From positions 431,086,001-431,150,000 of the forward strand of contig OZ024740.1 of NCBI GenBank assembly GCA_964016885.1: a DNA stretch of 64,000 bases, in the 5' to 3' direction. Shown piece by piece: positions 11,001-22,443 of the stretch. Under the pieces are notes generated by a model. The model searched no databases. It was not told the DNA's origin and worked only from the letters and a program-made list of their open reading frames with translations. The translations under genes were made by a program, and so were the position numbers. This stretch comes from Eledone cirrhosa (taxonomy: Eukaryota). How positions within the stretch are numbered: the first letter of the stretch is position 1; every line of letters begins with the position of its first letter.

Positions 11001-14000
11001 TGGTCACTTCTCTCAGGACAGACTAAACTTGACAGCTAGTTTTACTTCTGACACAGGCAGTCTTATTGGTGGTCACTTCTCTCAGGACAGACTAAACTTG
11101 ACAGCTAGTTTTACTTCTGACACAGGCAGTCTTATTGGTGGTCACTTCTCTCAGGACAGACTAAACTTGACAGCTAGTATTACTTCTGACACAGGCAGTT
11201 TTATTGGTGGTCACTCCTCTCAGGACAGACTAAACTTGACAGCTAGTTTTACTTCTGACACAGGCAGCCTTATTGGTGGTCACTTCTCTCAGGACAGACT
11301 AAACTTGACAGCTAGTTTTACTTCTGACACAGGCAGTCTTATTGGTGGTCACTCCCCTCAGGACAGGCTTACCTTGACAGCTAGTTTTACTTCTGACACA
11401 GGCAGTCTTATTGGTGGTCACTTCTCTCAGGACAGGCTTACCTTGACAGCTAGTTTTACTTCTGACACAGGCAGTCTTATTGGTGGTCACTTCTCTCAGG
11501 ACAGACTAAACTTGACAGCTAGTTTTACTTCTGACACAGGCAGTCTTATTGGTGGTCACTTCTCTCAGGACAGGCTTACGTTGACAGCTAGTTTTACTTC
11601 TGACACAGGCAGTCTTACTGGTGGTCACTCCTCTCAGGACAGACTAAACTTGACAGCTAGTTTTACTTCTGACACAGGCAGTCTTATTGGTGGTCACTTC
11701 TCTCAGGACAGACTAAACTTGACAGCTAGTTTTACTTCTGACACAGGCAGTCTTATTGGTGGTCACTTCTCTCAGGACAGACTAAACTTGACAGCTAGTT
11801 TTACTTCTGACACAGGCAGTCTTATTGGTGGTCACTTCTCTCAGGACAGACTAAACTTGACAGCTAGTTTTACTTCTGACACAGGCAGTCTTATTGGTGG
11901 TCACTTCTCTCAGGACAGACTAAACTTGACAGCTAGTTTTACTTCTGACACAGGCAGTCTTATTGGTGGTCACTTCTCTCAGGACAGACTAAACTTGACA
12001 GCTAGTTTTACTTCTGACACAGGCAGTCTTATTGGTGGTCACTTCTCTCAGGACAGACTAAACTTGACAGCTAGTTTTACTTCTGACACAGGCAGTCTTA
12101 TTGGTGGTCACTTCTCTCAGGACAGACTAAACTTGACAGCTAGTTTTACTTCTGACACAGGCAGTCTTATTGGTGGTCACTTCTCTCAGGACAGACTAAA
12201 CTTGACAGCTAGTTTTACTTCTGACACAGGCAGTCTTATTGGTGGTCACTTCTCTCAGGACAGACTAAACTTGACAGCTAGTTTTACTTCTGACACAGGC
12301 AGTTTTATTGGTGGTCACTCCTCTCAGGACAGACTAAACTTGACAGCTAGTTTTACTTCTGACACAGGCAGCCTTATTGGTGGTCACTTCTCTCAGGACA
12401 GGTTTAACTTGACAGCTAGTTTTACTTCTGACACAGGCAGTCTTATTGGTGGTCACTTCTCTCAGGACAGACTAAACTTGACAGCTAGTTTTACTTCTGG
12501 CACAGGCAGTCTTATTGGTGGTCACTTCTCTCAGGACAGACTAAAGTTGACAGCTAGTTTTACTTCTGACACAGGCAGTCTTATTGGTGGTCACTTCTCT
12601 CAGGAGAGACTAAACTTGACAGCTAGTTTTACTTCTGACACAGGCAGTCTTATTGGTGGTCACTTCTCTCAGGACAGACTAAACTTGACAGCTAGTTTTG
12701 CTTCTGACACAGGCAGTCTTATTGGTGGTCACTTCTCTCAGGACAGACTAAACTTGACAGCTAGTTTTACTTCTGACACAGGCAGTCTTATTGGTGGTCA
12801 CTTCTCTCAGGACAGACTAAACTTGACAGCTAGTTTTACTTCTGACACAGGCAGTCTTATTGGTGGTCACTTCTCTCAGGACAGACTAAACTTGACAGCT
12901 AGTTTTACTTCTGACACAGGCAGTTTTATTGGTGGTCACTCCTCTCAGGACAGACTAAACTTGACAGCTAGTTTTACTTCTGACACAGGCAGCCTTATTG
13001 GTGGTCACTTCTCTCAGGACGGACTAAACTTGACAGCTAATTTTACTTCTGACACAGGCAGTCTTATTGGTGGTCACTCCCCTCAGGACAGGCTTACCTT
13101 GACAGCTAGTTTTACTTCTGACACAGGCAGTCTTATTGGTGGTCACTTCTCTCAGGACAGGCTTACCTTGACAGCTAGTTTTACTTCTGACACAGGCAGT
13201 CTTATTGGTGGTCACTTCTCTCAGGACAGACTAAACTTGACAGCTAGTTTTACTTCTGACACAGGCAGTCTTATTGGTGGTCACTTCTCTCAGGACAGAC
13301 TAAACTTGACAGCTAGTTTTACTTCTGACACAGGCAGTCTTATTGGTGGTCACTTCTCTCAGGACAGGCTTATCTTGACAGCTAGTTTTACTTCTGACAC
13401 AGGCAGTCTTATTGGTGGTCACTTCTCTCAGGACAGACTAAACTTGACGGCTAGTTTTATTTCTGACACAGGCAGTCTTATTGGTGGTCACTTCTCTCAG
13501 GACAGACTAAACTTGACAGCTAGTTTTACTTCTGACACAGGCAGTCTTATTGGTGGTCACTTCTCTCAGGACAGGCTTACCTTGACAGCTAGTTTTACTT
13601 CTGACACAGCCAGTCTTATTGGTGGTCACTTCTCTCAGGACAGACTAAACTTGACAGCTAGTTTTACTTCTGACACAGGCAGTCTTATTGGTGGTCACTT
13701 CTCTCAGGACAGACTAAACTTGACAGCTAGTTTTACTTCTGACACAGGCAGTCTTATTGGTGGTCACTTCTCTCAGGACAGGCTTACCTTGACAGCTAGT
13801 TTTACTTCTGACACAGGCAGTCTTATTGGTGGTCACTTCTCTCAGGACAGACTAAACTTGACAGCTAGTTATACTTCTGACACAGGCAGTCTTATTGGTG
13901 GTCACTTCTCTCAGGACAGACTAAACTTGACAGCTAGTTTTACTTCTGACACAGGCAGTCTTATTGGTGGTCACTTCTCTCAGGACAGGCTTACCTTGAC

Positions 14001-17000
14001 AGCTAGTTTTACTTCTGACACAGGCAGTCTTATTGGTGGTCACTTCTCTCAGGACAGACTAAACTTGACAGCTAGTTTTACTTCTGACACAGTCAGTCTT
14101 ATTGGTGGTCACTCCTCTCAGGACAGACTAAACTTGACAGCTAGTTTTACTTCTGACACAGGCAGTCTTATTGGTGGTCACTTCTCTCAGGACAGACTAA
14201 ACTTGACAGCTAGTTTTACTTCTGACACAGGCAGTCTTATTGGTGGTCACTCCTCTCAGGACAGGTTTAACTTGACAGCTAGTTTTACTTCTGACACAGG
14301 CAGCCTTATTGGTGGTCACTTCTCTCAGGACAGTCTAAACTTGACAGCTAGTTTTACTTCTGACACAGGCAGTCTTATTGGTGGTCACTCCCCTCAGGAC
14401 AGGCTTACCTTGACAGCTAGTTTTACTTCTGACACAGGCAGTCTTATTGGTGGTCACTCCTCTCAGGACAGGTTTAACTTGACAGCTAGTTTTACTTCTG
14501 ACACAGGCAGGCTTATTGGTGGTCACTTCTCTCAGGACAGACTAAACTTGACAGCTAGTTTTACTTCTGACACAGGCAGTCTTATTGGTAGTCACTTCTC
14601 TCAGGACAGGCTTACCTTGACAGCTAGTTTTACTTCTGACACAGGCAGTCTTATTGGTGGTCACTCCTCTCAGGACAGGTTTAACTTGACAGCTAGTTTT
14701 ACTTCTGACACAGGCAGTCTTATTGGTGGTCACTCCTCTCAGGACAGGCTTACCTTGACAGCTAGTTTTACTTCTGACACAGGCAGCCTTATTGGTGGTC
14801 ACTCCTCTCAGGACAGGTTTAACTTGACAGCTAGTTTTACTTCTGACACAGGCAGTCTTATTGGTGGTCACTTCTCTCAGGACAGACTAAATTTGACAGC
14901 TAGTTTTACTTCTGACACAGGCAGTCTTATTTGTGGTCACTCCTCTCAGGACAGGTTTAACTTGACAGCTAGTTTTACTTCTGACACAGGCAGCCTTATT
15001 GGTGGTCACTTCTCTCAGGACAGACTAAACTTGACAGCTAGTTTTACTTCTCACACAGGCAGTCTTATTGGTGGTCACTCCTCTCAGGACAGGTTTAACT
15101 TGACAGCTAGTTTTACTTCTGACACAAGCAGCCTTATTGGTGGTCACTTCTCTCAGGACAGACTAAACTTGACAGCTAGTTTTACTTCTGACACAGGCAG
15201 TCTTATTGGTGGTCACTCCTCTCAGGACAGGCTTACCTTGACAGCTAGTTTTACTTCTGACACAGGCAGTCTTATTGGTGGTCACTCCTCTCAGGACAGA
15301 CTAAACTTGACAGCTAGTTTTACTTCTGACACAGGCAGTCTTATTGGTGGTCACTCCTCTCAGGACAGACTAAACTTGACAGCTAGTTTTACTTCTGACA
15401 CAGGCAGTCTTATTGGTGGTCACTCCTCTCAGGACAGACTAAACTTGACAGCTAGTTTTACTTCTGACACAGGCAGCCTTATTGGTGGTCACTTCTCTCA
15501 GGACAGACTAAACTTGACAGCTAGTTTTACTTCTGACACAGGCAGTCTTATTGGTGGTCACTCCTCTCAGGACAGGCTTACCTTGACAGCTAGTTTTACT
15601 TCTGACACAGGCAGTCTTATTGGTGGTCACTCCTCTCAGGACAGGTTTAACTTGACAGCTAGTTTTACTTCTGACACAGGCAGTCTTATTGGTGGTCACT
15701 CCTCTCAGGACAGGCTTACCTTGACAGCTAGTTTTACATCTGACACAGGCAGTCTTATTGGTGGTCACTTCTCTCAGGACAGACTAAACTTGACAGCTAG
15801 TTTTACATCTGACACAGGCAGTCTTATTGCTGGTCACTCCTCTCAGGACAGACTAAACTTGACAGCTAGTTTTACTTCTGACAAAGGCAGTCTTATTGGT
15901 GGTCACTTCTCTCAGGACAGACTAAACTTGATAGCTAGTTTTACTTCTGACACAGGCAGTCTTATTGGTGGTCACTCCTCTCAGGACAGACTAAACTTGA
16001 CAGCTAGTTTTACTTCTGACACAGGCAGCCTTATTGGTGGTCACTTCTCTCAGGCCAGACTAAACTTGACAGCTAGTTTTACTTCTGACACAGGCAGTCT
16101 TATTGGTGGTCACTCCTCTCAGGACAGGCTTACCTTGACAGCTAGGTTTACTTCTGACACAGGCAGTCTTATTGGTGGTCACTCCTCTCAGGACAGGCTT
16201 ACCTTGACAGCTAATTTTACTTCTGACACAGGCAGTCTTATTGGTGGTCACTCCTCTCAGGACAGACTAAACTTGACAGCTAGTTTTACTTCTGACACAG
16301 GCAGTCTTATTGGTGGTCACTCCCCTCAGGACAGACTAAACTTGACAGCTAGTTTTACTTCTGACACAGGCAGTCTTATTGGTGGTCACTCCCCTCAGGA
16401 CAGACTAAACTTGACAGCTAGTTTTACTTCTGACACAGGCAGTCTTATTGGTGGTCACTCCCCTCAGGACAGACTAAACTTGACAGCTAGTTTTACTTCT
16501 GACACAGGCAGTCTTATTGGTGGTCACTCCCCTCAGGACAGACTAAACTTGACAGCTAGTTTTATTTCTGACACAGGCAGTCTTATTGGTGGTCACTCCC
16601 CTCAGGACAGACTAAACTTGACAGCTAGTTTTACTTCTGACACAGGCAGTCTTATTGGTGGTCACTTCTCTCAGGACAGACTAAACTTGACAGCTAGTTT
16701 TACTTCTGACACAGGCAGTCTTATTGGTGGTCACTCCTCTCAGGACAGGCTTACCTTGACAGCTAGGTTTACTTCTGACACAGGCAGTCTTATTGGTGGT
16801 CACTCCTCTCAGGACAGGCTTAACTTGACAGCTAGTTTTACTTCTGACACAGGCAGTCTTATTGGTGGTCACTCCTCTCAGGACAGGCTTACCTTGACAG
16901 CTAATTTTACTTCTGACACAGGCAGTCTTATTGGTGGTCACTCCTCTCAGGACAGGCTTAACTTGACAGCTAGTTTTACTTCTGACACAGGCAGTCTTAT

Positions 17001-20000
17001 TGGTGGTCACTCCTCTCAGGACAGGCTTACCTTGACAGCTAGTTTTACTTCTGACACAGGCAATCTTATTGATGGTCAATCCTCTCAAGACAGACTAAAC
17101 TTGACAGCTAGTTTTACTTCTGACAAAGGCAGCCTTATTGGTGGTCACTCCTCTCAGGACAGACTAAACTTGACAGCTAGTTTTACTTCTGACACAGGCA
17201 GTCTTATTGATGGTCAATCCTCTCAAGACAGACTAAACTTGACAGCTAGTTTTACTTCTGACACAGGCAGTCTTATTGGTGGTCACTCCTCTCAGGACAG
17301 ACTAAACTTGACAGCTAGTTTTACTTCTGACACAGGCAGCCTTATTGGTGGTCACTTCTCTCAGGACAGACTAAACTTGACAGCTAGTTTTACTTCTGAC
17401 ACAGGCAGTCTTATTGGTGGTCACTCCTCTCAGGACAGGTTTAACTTGACAGCTAGTTTTACTTCTGACACAGGCAGCCTTATTGGTGGTCACTTCTCTC
17501 AGGACAGACTAAACTTGACAGCTAGTTTTACTTCTGACACAGGCAGTCTTATTGGTGGTCACTCCTCTCAGGACAGGCTTACCTTGACAGCTAGTTTTAC
17601 TTCTGACACAGGCAGTCTTATTGGTGGTCACTCCTCTCAGGACAGGTTTAACTTGACAGCTAGTTTTACTTCTGACACAGGCAGTCTTATTGGTGGTCAC
17701 TCCTCTCAGGACAGGTTTAACTTGACAGCTAGTTTTACTTCTGACACAGGCAGTCTTATTGGTGGTCACTCCTCTCAGGACAGGCTTACCTTGACAGCTA
17801 GTTTTACATCTGACACAGGCAGTCTTATTGGTGGTCACTTCTCTCAGGACAGACTAAACTTGACAGCTAGTTTTACATCTGACACAGGCAGTCTTATTGC
17901 TGGTCACTCCTCTCAGGACAGACTAAACTTGACAGTTAGTTTTACTTCTGACAAAGGCAGTCTTATTGGTGGTCACTTCTCTCAGGACAGACTAAACTTG
18001 ACAGCTAGTTTTACTTCTGACACAGGCAGTCTTATTGGTGGTCACTCCTCTCAGGACAGGTTTAACTTGACAGCTAGTTTTACTTCTGACACAGGCAGCC
18101 TTATTGGTGGTCACTTCTCTCAGGACAGACTAAACTTGACAGCTAGGTTTACTTCTGACACAGGCAGTCTTATTGGTGGTCACTCCTCTCAGGACAGGCT
18201 TACCTTGACAGCTAATTTTACTTCTGACACAGGCAGTCTTATTGGTGGTCACTCCTCTCAGGACAGACTAAACTTGACAGCTAGTTTTATTTCTGACACA
18301 GGCAGTCTTATTGGTGGTCACTCCTCTCAGGACAGGCTTAACTTGACAGCTAGTTTTACTTCTGACACAGGCAGTCTTATTGGTGGTCACTCCTCTCAGG
18401 ACAGGCTTACCTTGACAGCTAATTTTACTTCTGACACAGGCAGTCTTATTGGTGGTCACTCCTCTCAGGACAGGCTTAACTTGACAGCTAGTTTTACTTC
18501 TGACACAGGCAGTCTTATTGGTGGTCACTCCTCTCAGGACAGGCTTACCTTGACAGCCAGTTTTACTTCTGACACAGGCAGTCTTATTGGTGGTCACTTC
18601 TCTCAGGACAGACTAAACTTGACAGCTAGTTTTACTTCTGACACAGGCAGTTTTATTGGTGGTCACATCTCTCAAGACAGACTAAACTTGACAGCTAGTT
18701 TTACTTCTGACACAGGCAGTCTTATTGATGGTCAATCCTCTCAAGACAGACTAAACTTGACAGCTAGTTTTACTTCTGACACAGGCAGTCTTATTGGTGG
18801 TCACTCCTCTCAGGACAGGCTTACCTTGACAGCTAGTTTTACTTCTGACACAGGCAGTCTTATTGATGGTCAATCCTCTCAAGACAGACTAAACTTGACA
18901 GCTAGTTTTACTTCTGACAAAGGCAGCCTTATTGGTGGTCACTCCTCTCAGGACAGACTAAACTTGACAGCTAGTTTTACTTCTGACACAGGCAGTCTTA
19001 TTGATGGTCAATCCTCTCAAGACAGACTAAACTTGACAGCTAGTTTTACTTCTGACACAGGCAGTCTTATTGGTGGTCACTCCTCTCAGGACAGACTAAA
19101 CTTGACAGCTAGTTTTACTTCTGACACAGGCAGCCTTATTGGTGGTCACTTCTCTCAGGACAGACTAAACTTGACAGCTAGTTTTACTTCTGACACAGGC
19201 AGTCTTATTGGTGGTCACTCCTCTCAGGACAGGTTTAACTTGACAGCTAGTTTTACTTCTGACACAGGCAGCCTTATTGGTGGTCACTTCTCTCAGGACA
19301 GACTAAACTTGACAGCTAGTTTTACTTCTGACACAGGCAGTCTTATTGGTGGTCACTCCTCTCAGGACAGGCTTACCTTGACAGCTAGTTTTACTTCTGA
19401 CACAGGCAGTCTTATTGGTGGTCACTCCTCTCAGGACAGGTTTAACTTGACAGCTAGTTTTACTTCTGACACAGGCAGTCTTATTGGTGGTCACTCCTCT
19501 CAGGACAGGTTTAACTTGACAGCTAGTTTTACTTCTGACACAGGCAGTCTTATTGGTGGTCACTCCTCTCAGGACAGGCTTACCTTGACAGCTAGTTTTA
19601 CATCTGACACAGGCAGTCTTATTGGTGGTCACTTCTCTCAGGACAGACTAAACTTGACAGCTAGTTTTACATCTGACACAGGCAGTCTTATTGCTGGTCA
19701 CTCCTCTCAGGACAGACTAAACTTGACAGCTAGTTTTACTTATGTCAAAGGCAGTCTTATTGGTGGTCACTTCTCTCAGGACAGACTAAACTTGACAGCT
19801 AGTTTTACTTCTGACACAGGCAGTCTTATTGGTGGTCACTTCTCTCAGGACAGACTAAACTTGACAGCTAGGTTTACTTCTGACACAGGCAGTCTTATTG
19901 GTGGTCACTCCTCTCAGGACAGGCTTACCTTGACAGCTAATTTTACTTCTGACACAGGCAGTCTTATTGGTGGTCACTCCTCTCAGGACAGACTAAACTT

Positions 20001-22344
20001 GACAGCTAGTTTTACTTCTGACACAGGCAGTCTTATTGGTGGTCACTCCTCTCAGGACAGGCTTAACTTGACAGCTAGTTTTACTTCTGACACAGGCAGT
20101 CTTATTGGTGGTCACTCCTCTCAGGACAGGCTTACCTTGACAGCTAATTTTACTTCTGACACAGGCAGTCTTATTGGTGGTCACTCCTCTCAGGACAGGC
20201 TTAACTTGACAGCTAGTTTTACTTCTGACACAGGCAGTCTTATTGGTGGTCACTCCTCTCAGGACAGGCTTACCTTGACAGCTAGTTTTACTTCTGACAC
20301 AGGCAGTCTTATTGATGGTCAATCCTCTCAAGACAGACTAAACTTGACAGCTAGTTTTACTTCTGACAAAGGCAGCCTTATTGGTGGTCACTCCTCTCAG
20401 GACAGACTAAACTTGACAGCTAGTTTTACTTCTGACACAGGCAGTCTTATTGATGGTCAATCCTCTCAAGACAGACTAAACTTGACAGCTAGTTTTACTT
20501 CTGACACAGGCAGTCTTATTGGTGGTCACTTCTCTCAGGACAGACTAAACTTGACAGCTAGTTTTACTTCTGACACAGGCAGTCTTATTGGTGGTCACTT
20601 CTCTCAGGACAGACTAAACTTGACAGCTAGTTTTACTTCTGACACAGGCAGTCTTATTGGTGGTCACTTCTCTCAGGACAGACTAAACTTGACAGCTAGT
20701 TTTACTTCTGACACAGGCAGTTTTATTGGTGGTCACTTCTCTCAAGACAGACTAAACTTGACAGCTAGTTTTACTTCTGACACAGGCAGTCTTATTGATG
20801 GTCAATCCTCTCAAGACAGACTAAACTTGACAGCTAGTTTTACTTCTGACACAGGCAGTCTTATTGGTGGTCACTTCTCTCAGGACAGACTAAACTTGAC
20901 AGCTAGTTTTACTTCTGACACAGGCAGTCTTATTGGTGGTCACTTCTCTCAGGACAGACTAAACTTGACAGCTAGTTTTACTTCTGACACAGGCAGTCTT
21001 ATTGGTGGTCACTTCTCTCAGGACAGACTAAACTTGACAGCTAGTTTTACTTCTGACACAGGCAGTCTTATTGGTGGTCACTTCTCTCAGGACAGACTAA
21101 ACTTGACAGCTAGTTTTACTTCTGACACAGGCAGTCTTATTGGTGGTCACTCCTCTCAGGACAGACTAAACTTGACAGCTATTTTTACTTCTGACACAGA
21201 CAGTCTTATTGGTGGTCACTCCTCTCAGGACAGTCTAAACTTGACAGCTAGTTTTACTTCTGACACAGGCAGTCTTATTGGTGGTCACTTCTCTCAGGAC
21301 AGACTAAACTTGACAGCTAGTTTTACTTCTGACACAGGCAGTTTTATTGGTGGTCACTTCTCTCAAGACAGACTAAACTTGACAGCTAGTTTTACTTCTG
21401 ACACAGGCAGTCTTATTGATGGTCAATCCTCTCAAGACAGACTAAACTTGACAGCTAGTTTTACTTCTGACACAGGCAGTCTTATTGGTGGTCACTTCTC
21501 TCAGGACAGACTAAACTTGACAGCTAGTTTTACTTCTGACACAGGCAGTCTTATTGGTGGTCACTTCTCTCAGGACAGACTAAACTTGACAGCTAGTTTT
21601 ACTTCTGACACAGGCAGTCTTATTGGTGGTCACTTCTCTCAGGACAGACTAAACTTGACAGCTAGTTTTACTTCTGACACAGGCAGTCTTATTGATGGTC
21701 AATCCTCTCAAGACAGACTAAACTTGACAGCTAGTTTTACTTCTGACACAGGCAGTCTTATTGGTGGTCACTTCTCTCAGGACAGACTAAACTTGACAGC
21801 TAGTTTTACTTCTGACACAGGCAGTCTTATTGGTGGTCACTTCTCTCAGGACAGACTAAACTTGACAGCTAGTTTTACTTCTGACACAGGCAGTCTTATT
21901 GGTGGTCACTTCTCTCAGGACAGACTAAACTTGACAGCTAGTTTTACTTCTGACACAGGCAGTCTTATTGGTGGTCACTTCTCTCAGGACAGACTAAACT
22001 TGACAGCTAGTTTTACTTCTGACACAGGCAGTCTTATTGGTGGTCACTCCTCTCAGGACAGACTAAACTTGACAGCTAGTTTTACTTCTGACACAGACAG
22101 TCTTATTGGTGGTCACTCCTCTCAGGACAGTCTAAACTTGACAGCTAGTTTTACTTCTGACACAGGCAGTCTTATTGGTGGTCACTTCTCTCAGGACAGA
22201 CTAAACTTGACAGCTAGTTTTACTTCTGACACAGGCAGTTTTATTGGTGGTCACTTCTCTCAAGACAGACTAAACTTGACAGCTAGTTTTACTTCTGACA
22301 CAGGCAGTCTTATTGGTGGTCACTTCTCTCAGGACAGACTATAA
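5035..22344 (+). other. 17.3-kb open reading frame formed by the 69-bp satellite (23-aa unit TASFTSDTGSLIGGHFSQDRLNL); coding status unproven
   Basis: No stop from 5020 to the TAA at 22342-22344 and no ATG start. It could be reached only by splicing. The unit length is a multiple of 3, so an open frame can arise by chance. Confidence 0.2.
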
Positions 22345-22441
22345 TTGACAGCTAGTTTTACTTCTGACACAGGCCGTCTTATTGGTGGTCACTCCTCTCA
22401 GGACAGGCTTACCTTGACAGCTAGTTTTACTTCTGACACAG
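5041..22441. repeat. 69-bp satellite array (ACTTCTGACACAGGCAGTCTTATTGGTGGTCACTTCTCTCAGGACAGACTAAACTTGACAGCTAGTTTT), about 252 copies, 17.4 kb
   Basis: Exact 69-bp periodicity with substitutions only. Shared rare variants recur at multiples of 69 (1863, 2346, 1725, 2070, 1794 and 897 bp). Confidence 0.99.
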
Positions 22442-22443
22442 AT

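Noticed and set aside
5095-22344. Stand-alone 5749-aa gene as given in the ORF track
   Set aside because: It starts at a TTG inside the repeat with no ATG or signal peptide. The open frame is expected from a 69-bp unit in which only 3 of 207 point changes make a stop. It is kept only as a splice-dependent hypothesis.
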